Shown in pieces: positions 13,401-27,843 of a stretch of DNA of 64,000 bases. A program made the position numbers and the translations under genes. The notes under the pieces were generated by a model, which saw nothing but the letters and a program-made list of their open reading frames with translations, did no database searches and had not been told where the DNA came from. The first letter of the stretch is position 1; each line of letters starts with the position of its first letter. Origin of the DNA: Octopus vulgaris (taxonomy: Eukaryota); contig OX597815.1 of the NCBI GenBank assembly GCA_951406725.2, forward strand, positions 106,082,001 to 106,146,000, given 5' to 3'.

Positions 13401-16400
13401 TAGATTGTGTTGAGAAGAATCAAAACTTTCTGTAAACTTTGCATAGGCCTCTGAACCGGTATCACCAAGCTTTTGGCAAAATTTGATGCAGATTCTCTGC
13501 TCAACCTTCTCAACCTTCTCAACCTTCTCAACACTACACACTTTCCTTCAAAGCACTGCTGTAAACAGGGGAAGTGAGCTAGAGTGTTAAAACTGAGTGT
13601 GCATGCACATTAGAGTTCAAGGTCAATCTGTGCCAAGTGGCTTCACTTTGTTACTGTAGCAATAGTCCAGATACTTATTGATCAGACCACATATTAGTAT
13701 ACATATTGGTTGACAGTCAGGTAGTCACAACAAAAACAGTCAAAATTATTTGCATGATAGAAGAATTTTGTTTGCAGTTATACTTTGTCTCTCACAACTC
13801 TATCAGCTTTACTTGTCAATAGCAGCTTATCTCCCAAACTGGCCAGCAGACATCTGCTCACTGTATACTGAATGCCTGATCAGTTCAAGTCTGTTTACTT
13901 TATATCAGCAATACTTGATTATCAACAACAAATCTGATTGGACAGATTTGTATTGACATCATCACATCTGTGAGTTGCTTTCACCAAATTCCAAAGATTT
14001 TCACATGTTTACAAAGAAAACCATTGGTCAGTTTTTGTTGATGTTATTCAAAGAATTTGACATGCAATTGTTAGACATCATTGGTTAGGTTTTTCCTGAT
14101 ATCATCTCTGTTTGAAAATCCTGTTTTGTTGTTTACTAATATTTTCTAATTGAAAAAATAATCCAGATTCAATTTGAGACACAGACCTGCTATGTAATTC
14201 TTTTATTCTTTTACTTGTTTCAGTCATTTGACTGCGACCATGCTCGAGCACCACATTGGAGGGTTTTAGTAACACAATTTGAACCCAGTACTTATTTTTT
14301 TTAAAGCCTAGTACTTATACTATTGGTCTCTTTTGCTGAACTGTAATATATGTATTTCTCAACCAATATCTTCTTTGATATCCAGTTACTTCTTGATCTG
14401 TCATCAATTTACAAAAAACATCTAACATAAAACATATTTATATCATTGTATCCAATTACTGTTCATTTTACTGTTCATCATCATTATCATTTAACGTCTG
14501 TTTTTCATGCTAGCCTATGTTGGACAGCTTGACTGTAGCTGGCAAGCTGAAAAGCTGCGCCAGGCTCCATTTGTCTCTTTTGGCATGGTTTCTACAGCTG
14601 GATGCCCTTCCTAATGCTAATAATTTTACACAGTATGCACAGATGCTTTTTACATAGCTATTATACACTGTTATTGTGTATATGTATTTTGTATAAATTT
14701 GGTTGAATTCAATCTGTCAAATAGCTTTGAGTGGTCAGTAACACAACTTATTAGGCTTCAGCTATTTAGAATTTGGTGCCTGAGCAAAATCCCAATTTTA
14801 CAACTTAAATGAAGTAACATCACAGACTCCCAACAACCATCTGTGCACACCTCAAAAGTTTAGAAAGATTCATTGATTCATTTTTGATGTCACTGACTTA
14901 CACATTCCTCTCTCTTTGAACAGGAACAAAAAATTTACATGTAAAACCCAACTACTCCCAACATCAGCAAAGCATTTGATTTCATTCTTTATTGCTCATT
15001 TATACACAAAATATTCAGCACCTTTAAGAAATAATATAATGTTGACTAAAGAATTACTTTTCGTGGCACCTGGTCTATGTAAAGTAGAGTAATATGACAT
15101 ATAGCACCTGAATTTTCCTCATCAGTGTACTGCAAGGATGGTTCATCTCCCTGTATGTATGTATCAGATTGCTTTTTAAAATCAATCTCAATTTAGATTT
15201 AGATTCACATGTTTAACTAATATTAACATATTTGGTAATTTTATAACAACAAGTATTAAACTGCTTGTGGAGATAATCAATATGCTTACAGTCATATATT
15301 ACAACCAATCACATCTAATGGCAACTATATCAATATTTTGATATCTATCAAAATATTGATAAATATCAAAAAACTGCTTTGGATTTTGGACCAGGAAATT
15401 CAAGAATATCCATCATTTCCTTTGGGGTGGAGGGCAATCAGCCAGTATCTGAGGAGTGTGGGGTTTGACTCCTTGTAGCTACCTGCTGGCAACTTTATTC
15501 CATCTTCTAGGGGTAAATGCCTAATCTTTCTTTGCTGTTTTCACAGCTATACTGCATTCAAACTTTACTGTGAAATACCAACACATTCAGAGCTTCTAAA
15601 ATTTGTCTATTGAATATAGATATACAATTCTATGATTCAATCACTTATTAGAGATAATCTTAATTGCAACTGGGGAATATATCGCTTGTCCACGTTATAT
15701 CAACCCATCTTTCACACATCACTTTCTCTTAATAACTTGCCAACATGCATATCTATCATATATCTCTTCTTTCTCGCTTAGACTTAGGCATAAATATATA
15801 GAACAGAAACAAAATATTTTAACATACTTTTAGACCATAAATAAAGGTTTTATAATGTAAATAAATAATTCTATTTTCATAAATTCTTCATACTTTAACA
15901 CAACCTTTAATTTTTTCTTACTGACATACTACCAAGCATTCTATCTACACAACTCATGCACAGTTTCACAAAATATATTCACAGCCTTACATGCACATTC
16001 ACACCCACATTCTCCCACTGTTCCCCAGGCTCAGTTGTGTATCTATTCTAACCCTACATCAATCACCTAGAAACATGAATCCATAGCTACAAACATAAAG
16101 TAACATGGCCTTCATTTTAAGATGGTGACTGTATGATTCAAAGATGATTTGATTTTTATTTCCATCAGGTCAGACCACTATGTAGATTCTCCCTTGTTGA
16201 CCCTTATCTTTTCTTTCATTTTATTTTATTTTCCCAGCATATTACAGAGAGAAGTTATATCATGCAGTGGAGAAAATTATCCTCAGATCCTTGGTATTTT
16301 TGCTAAAGTTTGTGAGTTCCATTGAAGAAAGTGATTCTCCAAAATTTCATTCTTCTCCAATAGAAACAGCAAATCTACTGGCAGATAATTCAACAGGAAA

Positions 16401-19400
16401 GTCTTATCTCAGATATGAAACGTATTTACTGTAAGTCTAGGAAAGTTTTCAGTAACTTAATCAATGTATCTTATATTACAGTATTAAAAAAGGTGGTAAG
16501 CTGGCAGAATTGGTAGCATGCCAGGCAAAATGCTTTGGGGCATTTCATCTATTTTTATGCTCTAAGTTCAAATTCCACTGAGGTCAACTTTGCCTTTTAT
16601 TCTTTCAGGATCAATAAAATAAGTCCCAGTTGAGCACTGGGGTTGGTGTAATTGACTTATCCCCTCCCCCAAACTTGCTGGCCTTGTGCCAAAATTTGCA
16701 ACTAGTATTACAGTATAATAAGGGTAATGATTCGTAATGTCCTTTCCTTTTTTATGTGCCGTACCTACAGGACATCTGCATCCTGTTTGTCTGCCTTCTC
16801 CCAATTTCTTCTTCTTCTCAACTTGCTTGGCTGTCACCAAGTGTTCAAGACTTTTTTGATTTTTTTATGTGATCAATGAACTTAACCTGTTACATCTTTA
16901 TGTTGTTAAAAACTTCTTGGTGGTTTTTGCTTGTGTAAGGTCATCAAAGTTTCGCTTATTATCTGTATATTTTTGGCATTCAACAACCACTCCTGTACTG
17001 CTTTGATGAGGTTTTGCACTTTTGTGTTCATATTCCAAGTCACACAGCTATATGTAAAGACAGATTGTAGGACTCTTTTCTTCACATGCATTTGACAATA
17101 ACTTTGATATCACAGAAAGCAGCTTTTGCCTCTATCAATCTGCAACTTAATTTCTATAATGTTTTGCCCATCTGATGGTCCTCAAACATTTAAAGCTACC
17201 AACCTGTTTCAAGGTTATTCCATTAATTCATATATGGCAAATTGGTGGTATTCTTTTGAGGTTACAATTTTATCATTTTTGCTGTTTAGACCCAGGCTTA
17301 TCTTTCCACTTTCATCAGAATAGTCTTAATGTTTGTAGGTCTTTCTCTACTATTACTATGAGAACTGTGCTGTCAGCATAACCAGTATTGATGTTTTTTC
17401 CTCCTGTTTGTATACTTGTTAGGCATCCAGTAGACTGCATAATTATTTTACTGTATAATGGTCTGGTGATAAGACACCCTGCCATATTCCTCTCTTGATC
17501 TTTTCATATATTCCTATTTCATTTCCAATTCTGATTGCTGCTGTTTGTTGCTGATTATTTCTAAGTCCTTCCCTTCTAGATTTATTTCTTCTAACATTTA
17601 TCGATTTCTTCATGGCTTACTGTATTAAACGCTTTTATATAATCAGTGAACAGAGGTACCAGTCTTGTACTTCCATTGCATTTCAATGATGTTTCTCAAG
17701 ATGTATACAGCATTAGTTGTTCTTTTACCTTCAACAAATTTATATTGTTTTTTGATATCTCAGACTTGATTCTGTTTCTGGTTATGGACAGCAAGATCGC
17801 AACAAGATTTTTGGAATCTTTTCAGTTACTGTCACAGATTTTGTATTTTTTCCATTTTGTTCCAGTTATTTTCAAATTTAGTTTTGTATACTAATTATGA
17901 AAATGGAATTCATTTTTGCCTATCTGCACATGCATTTACATTTGTACTCATGTGTGTGTGCATGTGTTAGGTATGTATGTGTGTCAAGTATGCATATATG
18001 GGTTTGTATATTACAGTTTGTATTCATATCACTATTTATTTATCTAAAAAACTGTGGTAAGTTTAGCCAATTTAAAGCCACCATTATACACATGACCATA
18101 AATCCCACATTGGTGTCTGTTTCCATAGTAACAAGCAAAGCTGTAATCTGGCCTGTTTTCATTGAAACAAGGATGTTGTATGGTGTAACTGTAACACTTT
18201 CACCACTGCAACCATCACCACAAGTTTTGACAAGAATCATATTGTGACAGACAGTTATCACACAAAATACTGGCTTCTGATTCCTGTTTTCTGATTGGTT
18301 AAAAATTACATTGTGTAACACTGTTTTTGTCCTTGGGGAGCAACTATTATTTCCTATTTGCTTACCCTTAGAAAGTATGAAAAATGGATAATATTTCCTT
18401 CAAGCTTTGCTTTTCTTACATCTATTCAGACCCCAAAGAATCCCTCTCAACACATGGCTATCATGTTCCTTCACTACTCCTGCTCAGGATCAGAGGTCAC
18501 ATATTGTCATCCACTAAGGGACATGTTCAAGTGGTTAAGGTCAAGCAACTGACAAGTAAACCTGTGGGATTGAGCAGAATATTTGCTATAATGATATTTC
18601 TACTGCAGCAACTCGGTGCTGATTATGCCTGAAATGTAATAGAAAATAGATCAGTTTCAAAACATTGATATTCCAGTCACAAAAGCCAAGTTTGAAGGGA
18701 ATAGTAGTCATTTCTTTTGATTTCTAGATAGAGGCAAATAGGAAATAACACTTACTGACCAAAGAAAAATATTTTAATTTTGATACAATGTTATCAAACA
18801 TTGAACCTTTCTAACATTTTTCTAAATTTTTCTGGAAATAAATGAATGCCAAATTCAGATTCAGCTCGAAAGTTTGCATCAGTATACCAAATTTGAAAAT
18901 TTTCATTTTATTTTAGCATTCCATTATCTGTGACAGCAACCAAACAGATTTGATTTTCATAATGTGATTCATAAGGCTGATGGCTCTGTATAGCTCAATT
19001 TTATTGCTCCAGGTTTTTGTGGAGAATGCTTCAAAGAGTAATTTGATTGTTCATTTCTTCTGGAAATTGATAGAAATTATTTTATCAATTCATAAGCTTT
19101 CTACTACTACAATCACTTCTGTTAGAATGTTGCTCTCCTAATATACCTGATATAATATTTCAATTTAAAAGTGTACTGGTATAACAAATACTTGACATAA
19201 TAACTATATTTGATATTATATTTCAGTATCAACAGTGTACTGGTTTATAACATACCTGATTTTGCTCTGAACCCACCTGCAGCAGTCATTAGCAATATAA
19301 TTAGAAATATTGCTTTGAAGATCAAAGATATCAGTAAAGGTCAGCAAGGACTTTCATTTAATGAATTATCAAATATTATTTTTATTTGTGTATGTTTTAT

Positions 19401-22400
19401 GGTTTCTGCTAATTGTGTGAAAAGATGACGCAATGTCTGTACATTTTTTTAGGCTTTCTTGAACCAAAGAGTAGGTATAACTGAATATGATTTATCTTTT
19501 TACTTTTCTTTATTAGTTTGGTCTAGAGGAAGTAGTTGTGGCTGGCCATGATCTTTATAGACCCTCCAGTGCCAGTAAAAATGATATAATTGATATTCCT
19601 GTCAAACAGTTGCTAGTCAACAGCTAAAGGAAAAAGATATGCAAGGATTGAATTTCAGATGGCCAATATTTTTCAGAAGAAGGATCATACATAGTGATTA
19701 GGGGAAGGCCTGGGTGGATACATGATATGGGTGACAAGGAGAGAAGAGATGAGCAAGTCAGAAGTGCCTGAGTAGAGGTGGCATAAAACCAGTCAGCTCT
19801 GAGGAACAGAGATTACTGTTGTAACAGAGAGGGAAGCCAAAACATCTAGGGTCAGTGTTTAATACATTAAATTCTTATATATTGCAACAGAAGAAACTAT
19901 GAAGTGACTGTATTTATGGGAAGAAAATACTATATTTGTGGTAAGTGGGTGGCAGAAGATGAGGTTGATGCATCAATAATGTGCACTATTGGTAGTGAAA
20001 GATTTCTTATCAGTTGGATTAATTTGTTTTTGTGTGTGTTAGATGCATATAAAAGTAATCCAATGTAAAGCAAAGTTATATTTTACATGAGTCGGTATCT
20101 GGTTGTGTACCTTGTGTTAATCCTATACTGACTAAAATATATAGGAGTTTTTGTGAGCACCTACAAGTAGCACCTATAAGTACCTACAAGTAGCTACAGA
20201 TAAGCTGACCTAAATAATATATAAAGAGCTCTTATCAGTAGCTTCTATCCCTTTCAGGAATCCCTTTAATTGATATATTTGATGACTACTTCCATGATAA
20301 CATTGTGAAGAATGAAAGAATCAATGATGTCTTTAAAGCAATTGAAAAGTCACTGTCAGGTAAGATGAATAGTTTTATCCCCTTAGTAAAAGTTTCTTGT
20401 GTTGTGAGTTTCTCACTTGAATATGATAAAATAATGTATTCCAAGCCTTATGAAATATATTTGAAATTATAACCACAAGAGAGGACATGCAGGTTCAACA
20501 ATTGAATGATTATGCTTTTAGTTTTTGAGTATTATTTGGTGATGTGTGTGCTTTATTCAAAGAGTAAATCATCATAGAAAAACCAGTGAAGTTGTAGTGA
20601 TGGATAAGATAGAGAGAGAGAGTGTGTATGATATATTAGTAATTATAATCTGATGGTATGTGAAAACTGCTTGTGCATGAGGAAAAGTTGTCTAATATAC
20701 CATAGAGCATTGCTTAAGAATCTATTTCTAATCATCATCATCATCGTTGTTTAACACCAGCTTTCCATGCTAGCATAAGTTGGACGGTTTGACTGAGGAC
20801 TGATGAGCCAGAAGGCTGCACCAGGCTTCAATCTGATCTGGCAAAGTTTCAACAGCTGGATGCTCTTCCTAATGCCAACCACTCCGAGAGTGTAGTGGGT
20901 GCTTTTATGTGCCACCAGCACAAGGGCCAGTCAGACAGTTCTGGCAACGACCACACTCAAAAGGTGTTTTTTATGTGCATCCTGCATGGGAGCCAGTCCA
21001 GCAGCACTGGCAACAACCATGCTCGAATATTGTTTTTCACATGTCACCAGCACATGTGCCAGTAAGTCAACGCTGGCAACGATCACACTCCAATGGTGCT
21101 TTTTATGTGCCACCGGAATGGGAGCTAATCCGTGACCCTGGCAACGATCACACTCAGATGGTGCTTTTAATGTTCCACTGGCACGAGTGCCAATTGGGCA
21201 ATATTGTCATCGGCCATGTCAGCAATTTTGATTTTTTGATTTCACTTGCCTCAACAAGTCTTCACAAGCAAAGTTTATTGTTCAATGAATGAGGGGTACT
21301 CATAAGTGGGCTGGTTACACCCACTAGCATAGGCCATGGGTTATGGTCTCACTTGGCTTGGCAAGTCTGGTCTTCTCAAGCACAGCATATCTTCAAAGGT
21401 CTCGGTCACTAGTCATTGACTCGGTAAGGCCCATTGTTCAAAGGTCGTGCTTCATCTCATCCCAGGTCTTCCTGGGGCTACCTCTTCCACACATTCCCTC
21501 AGCTGCTAGGGTGTGACACTTTTTCACCCAGCTGTCCTCATTCATTCGCAATGCATGACCATACCAGCGCAGTTATCTCTCTTGTTCACCACATTTGATG
21601 CTTCTTAAATCCAACTTTTCTCTCAAGACACTTACACTCTGTCATGTATACACACTGACACTACACATCCAGTAGAGCATACTGGCTTCATTCCTTGCAA
21701 GCTTACACATGTCCTCAGCAATCACGGCCCATGTCTCACTGCATGTAGCATGGCTGTTCATACACATATGCCATACAGTCTTCCTTTTACTCTGAGCGAG
21801 GGGCTCTTTGTCACCAGTAGAGGTAGGAGCTCTCTGAAATTTGCCCATGCTATTCTTAATCTAGCAGCTACACTTTCAGAGCATCCACCCCTGCTACTGA
21901 CTTGGTCCCCTAGGTAACGGAAGCTATCAACTACTTCTAGTTTTTCTCCCTGGAGTGTGACAGAAGCTGTTCTCTGCACATTTTCAGTGCTTATAGTACC
22001 TGAGCATTTGCCACATACAAAAACGATCTTCCCAGTTAGCCTTCCTTTGATATTGCTACACCTCTTATGTGTCCATAGCTTACATCTTATGGGTACATCT
22101 TATGGAGTTCCTACCTATGCCCTTTCTACAAAATGAGCAGAGCCATCTACCTGAAGGGATTTGTGGTTTGTCTGCCTTCCTATTTATTAAAACTTTGGTT
22201 TTAGCTAGGTTGACTCTTAGGCCCTTCGATTCTAATCCTTGCTTCCACAACTGAAACTTTTCTTCTAGTTCTGATAGTGACTCAGCAATTAGAGCAAGGT
22301 CATCAGCATAGAGGAGCTCCCAGGGGCATTCTGTCTTGAATTCCTCAGTTATTGCCTGGAGGACTATGTTGAATAAGACGGGACTGAAGACTGACCCTTG

Positions 22401-25400
22401 GTGGACCCCTACCCCTAACCAGAATTCTTCACTGTACTCATTGCCAACCCTCTTTTTACTGACAGCATCCCTGTACATTGCTTGCACAGCTCTCACTAGC
22501 CATTCATCTATCCCTAGTTTCCTCATTGACCACCAGATAAGGGATCAGGGGACCCTGTCAAAGGCTTTCTTCATGTCAACGAAAGCCAGGTGCAGAGGTT
22601 TATCTTTGGCGAAGTATTTCTCCTGCAGCTATCTTACCAGAAATACAGCATCAGTGGTGCTTTTCCCTGACACGAACCCAAATTGCATCTCATCTAAACT
22701 GACTCTCTCCTTAATTAGTTGGGCTATGACCCTCTCCGTGACCTTCATTACCTGATCCAACAACTTGATACCTCTGTAATTATTTGTATCTAAAGCATCA
22801 CCTTTACCTTTGTAGCAGTTGACTATTATGCTGCTACACAAGTCATTGGGTATGACTCCTTCGTATATCACCTGGTTAACTATACAGGTGACTAGGCTAT
22901 AGCCAACACCACCAGATATTTCGAGTATCTGTACGGTGATTCCTGATGGGCTGGGGGCTTTTCCTGTCTTCATACCCTTAATTGCTTTATCTACCAAGGT
23001 ACTGTCAATTCAGATAGCTGGTCCCTCTGTTGGGTCAGCATTCGGCAGACTCTCTTTCTCCCATTCATTCTCTTTATTTAGCAACCTTTCATAGTGGCAT
23101 CTCCAAACCCCTCTCTTTGCAGCCTCGTTTAATGCAAGTGAAGCGTGATCCATGTGGACACATTTTTCTCCTACAATATCACAATGCTTTCTCACACACT
23201 GTCTTGCAACATGAAATACCTCATGTCTTTGTTCCTCACAGTGCAGAACATTGGCAAATTTTTGCTTATCTGCTTCCCCTCTGGCTAAATAAACCTGTCT
23301 CCTAGCTTCCCTTCTGGCAATCTGATACATTTCCCTGCTATCACCGTTCTTCCAGTCCTTCCAAGCTTGTTTCTTTTCCCTAATTGCCCTGTCAACAACA
23401 TTGTTCCACCACCACGTTACCTTGGGTCAAGAGGGGACTTTGCACCATCCACAGATCTGATCAGTGGCCCTCAGCAGGTTGTCCTGTAGAAACCTCCAGT
23501 AGTCTTCCACATCATGTGATGCTATATCCCCCTCTATTTCATCAAAAGCTTCAAGTAATACATCTCTAAATCTCTGTCCATTTGCAGGATCTTTAAGCTT
23601 CTAAACCCATCTTCTCCATGTTTGTTGTCTAATGGGCATCCATTTAGCTCTGATCCTGAAGTCGCTAACTACTAGTCTATGTTGTGAGGTACATTCTTCA
23701 CCTGAAAAGATTTTGGTATTATATAAGCAGCCATCTTTCCCTTTTTCTGGCAAGGATGTAGTCATTTTGGCTAGTGTGTCTACCAGATTGGTAGGTGACT
23801 AGGTGACTTGCAGGCTTCCTGAAATTAGTATTGCAAACCATAAGGTCATTTGCATCGCAGAACTCCAGCAGCCTGGTTCCCTCCTAATTGTGGGAACCAA
23901 AACCATATCCTCCATGTATGCCATGGAAGCCCCCTGCATGTTGTCCAACATGTCCACTGAAGTCACCAGCCACAAAGAGAAGATCCCTGTCATTCGTCAA
24001 TGAGGTAGTCTGCAAGAGGGTGTCATAAAATTGGTCTTTCTGTCCATCAGGTAGCCCTGGCTGAGGGGCATAGGCTGAGATAATGGTTGCTAACCCATGA
24101 TGTTGCACGTTTTAAAATAATTAGCATGTTTCTGGTGGCATTGATATTGAAAAGTAATCAGTGAAGTAAAAAATCACAATCATTCCATCATCAAACCTTT
24201 CCATTATCAAGGAAATATAATTTTACATAGGAGCATGGCACTGACTTCCCTCTCAGATCCTGTCAAACCATCCAAGCCATGCCAGCATGGAAGACTGATA
24301 TTAAATTATGATGATGATGATGACAATGGCAATGATGACACTATTGCCATCATTAATTGAGTGAGAATCACTTCTTTTCAAGCTATACATCCCTGAAAGG
24401 ATTTGAACTCAGTGTCACAAGCTAAGAAAATACTTAGTACTAATACTGTAATAACCCCTACTACTTGTTGCAGTTAACTAGACTCTTGACAGTTAAATAT
24501 CTTCATTACAGTCACAGCAAAGTTGCTTTAACAGTTTCACTCAGACTATTAACTCTAACATCTTAGGTTCATATGATCTAAAAATGGAAACAGAGAAATT
24601 TTCGATTTGGCACAATTCTGAAAGATGTAAAGTCTGTAATGGGGAAAAAAATTCTTTCATCCTTAAATATTATTGTTTCTGGATATACTAGGCGCAATGG
24701 CCTAGTGGTTAGGGCAGCGGACTCGCGGTCGCAGGATCGCGGTTTCCATTCTCAGACCGGGCGTTGTGTGTGTTTATTGAGCGAAAACACCTAAAAGCTC
24801 TACGAGGCTCCGGCAGGGGGTGGTGATCCCTGCTGTACTCTTTCACCACAATGGCGGTGCCCCAGCATGGCCACAGCTCAAGAGCTGAAACTGGAAAAAC
24901 AAAAAACAAAACAAAAAATATCATTATGATGACTTCAAAGAAAAATTCCATTATAGAAAGGGAGACTCTGAAAGATAAAAGTAAATGATGATAAACAAAA
25001 TGATGATAGAAGTAAATGAAAAATATTTTCACTTATCTGTTATCAAAGCTAAGTTAGAAATTCTGTATTTTTGGTAAAATATGTTGTATTGTGGAATTCT
25101 TTTTCTATTTTCTGAGAATTAGTTCTGCAGTCTAATCATCAATGAAAATTATTTATTATAACTTTTTGTTTCTTATCGCAAAAGTCTAATTATTTCAGCT
25201 CTGGTTCTTCCATTAATGAAGGCACGTTGCCAAGTGGTTGCATTCATGATTGCAAGATCATGGTTTCACTTCCCAGACCAGACAATGCATTGTGTTCTTA
25301 AGCAAAACACTTTATTTCATGTTACTCCACTCCACTCAGAGTAATCCTGTGATGGACTAGTATCTTACTTAAACACGACAGAAACCAAGTAACCAGCCCT

Positions 25401-27797
25401 CTGATTCTTACATTAAGGAGGCAGTAGAAATTGGCAAGCTAATGGTTATTTGACCTGTTAAGAATGATAGCTAAATCTCACCCAAATCATACTGCCGTGC
25501 TTAAAAATGATCAAAGAAACCTTGAATAATCTAATCTTAGTTACTCTTATCATCATCATGCATCCTGTGTCTGTAAAAAATGATGGAATGGTCAAGGTTG
25601 GTGTTCATTTGATCATAAGTTTATTTGATTATAACTGACCTGAGGCTAACAACTGTAGAAATTGACATGAAAATACATAAATTTTAACAGTTGTGATTTC
25701 TTTATTAGCAGCTTACTTCTATCTTGCATTACTCTCTCTCTCTCTCTCTCTCTCTCTCAAACTGATTTTCATGCAACTCATTCCAGTGTTAGTATCTGTT
25801 GGCACCCTATTATGCACTGCTAAGATATTCTATCGTTTTTTCATTCATTCCTTCATTACTAATATGTACTTTTGTAGACTAATTATTTAAATTGACTCTT
25901 CAATGTATAATCTTCCTAATCTTGCTCTATCTCAGCCATAGTTTTCTTGGTCAGAAAGTGACTTTGCACCAGTTGCAGATTTGGTCTGTGGCACTCAGTA
26001 AACTATCACGCAGGAATTTCCAGTTACCTTCTATGTTATAAGTTTGTAGCTCTTCCTCCTTCTCATCAAATTTCTCAGTGGGGATGTCCCTAAATCTCTG
26101 ACCATGTGAAGTGTTCTTAAGCTTCCAAATCTTTCCTTTCTGGATTGGTCTGCTTCTTGGCATTCTTCTGGTCTCAATTCTAAAGTCACTAATGACTAGT
26201 CTATGCTGGGAGATACATTCTTCACCAGGGAGGGTTTTTGTATTCAAGAGCAACCATGCATCCTGCTCTCTGGTGAGGATGAAATCAATCTGGCGAGCAG
26301 AGTTGCCTGATTGATAGGTTATCAGGTGGCTGTCTGGCTTCCTGAAGTTGGTGTTGCAGATTAATAGGTTGCTTGCATCACAGAACTCCAGTAGCCTAAT
26401 TCCCTCTTTGTTTCGGGAACCAATTCCATGGCCCCATGAACACCATGGAAGATAACAGATTGCTGTCCAACATGCCCATTAAAATCTCCAGCCACAAAGA
26501 TGAGGTCATTGCCACTTGTCTTTGAGGTAGCCTGTAGAAGAATATCATAAAAGTGATAGGCAGAGATAAAAAGCACTGGTGCTACATAAAGAACATTGGT
26601 GATGGTGCCACATAAAAAGTACTGTTGCTGGTGCCAAGTAAAAAGCACCACTCTGTAAAGTAGAGTGGGTACATTTTACATAGCACATTATTGGCGTTAG
26701 GAAGGGCATCCAGCCGTAGAAACACTGCCAGATTTGACTGGGCCTGATGAAGCCTTCTGGCTTCACAGACCCCAGTAGAACCGTCCAACCCATGCTAGCA
26801 TGGAAAACGGACGCTAAACGATGATGATGATGATGATTAAATGATGATGATGAACATTAGCATGTCATTTTGATTTCTTTGTTTAATTTGTAATGGTGTT
26901 TTATGTTTTCCTACAGCCAATGAAAATATTGCGAGAACATATGTTCAAAGTTTCAACAGATATGATTTCCTCTGGACAAGAAACCGTTATGAAAGTTTTG
27001 ATGAATTCTTAACTATTAATCCAAATAAAACTGAAATTCAGAACAAAATTGAAGAATTTATTGTAATGGAAAAGGAACTGGCTAGAATTCCCCAAATAAT
27101 GAAGATAGGACTTTTATCTGTAAAGTCTGACCCTGTGAAACAGTCCTTACAAGCCCTTCTTCTTAGCTGGAAAACTGTCTTTGCTTCAGTTTTACATACA
27201 GATGCTTATGTAAGAACCTTTCTCTTGTAAAAACATCAAGCTGATTTGTATCTACTTAACCTTCAGATGTCAATTGTTGTTATTGTTTAACTGTAAGTTT
27301 TGTTTAACAGATGTATGATCAGAGTTGTTCCAACCTCAACTGTTCACTCTTAATTTATTAAAGACTACATTGTTTAATGCACCACTTTATTAAGACAATA
27401 AGTTATGATTTGAGAGTGTTATTTTTAGCAGGTTATTTGTTTGGTATATCATATGGGCTTGTATGAAGGATGTATACAGCAGTCTCGTTCAGAGCAACAA
27501 AAACTATAATAGTAGTGGTAGAGAAGAAAGAGGGAAACTATTGAGCATTAGTAATCTTACTCTAGTGGTCAGTGAAGCTTTATCAAACAGAATGCCATTT
27601 CTCAAGAAATGTGGTCAAGAATATATGTATGTAGCAAGCTGCACCATTTCAGATACGTGAGCAGTATTCAGAGAAAAATCCTACTGCTGTTAATATAATT
27701 TCTGAAGGTAAATTATGTGATTTTATTTCCAAAAATATGATGCAAGAAAATTCAAATACCCAGTCTTCGATGATAGTGACAGTGCTGCTGCTGCTGC

Positions 27798-27843
<46 letters not shown>

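Noticed and set aside
20898-21225. CRISPR-like repeat/spacer appearance
   Set aside because: Eukaryotic intron, no cas genes; the whole unit, including the variable part, is homologous between copies, so it is a minisatellite in a LINE 3' UTR.
24691-24770. tRNA gene
   Set aside because: A and B boxes are present, but I find no complete cloverleaf, and the sequence runs into a SINE body and tail.
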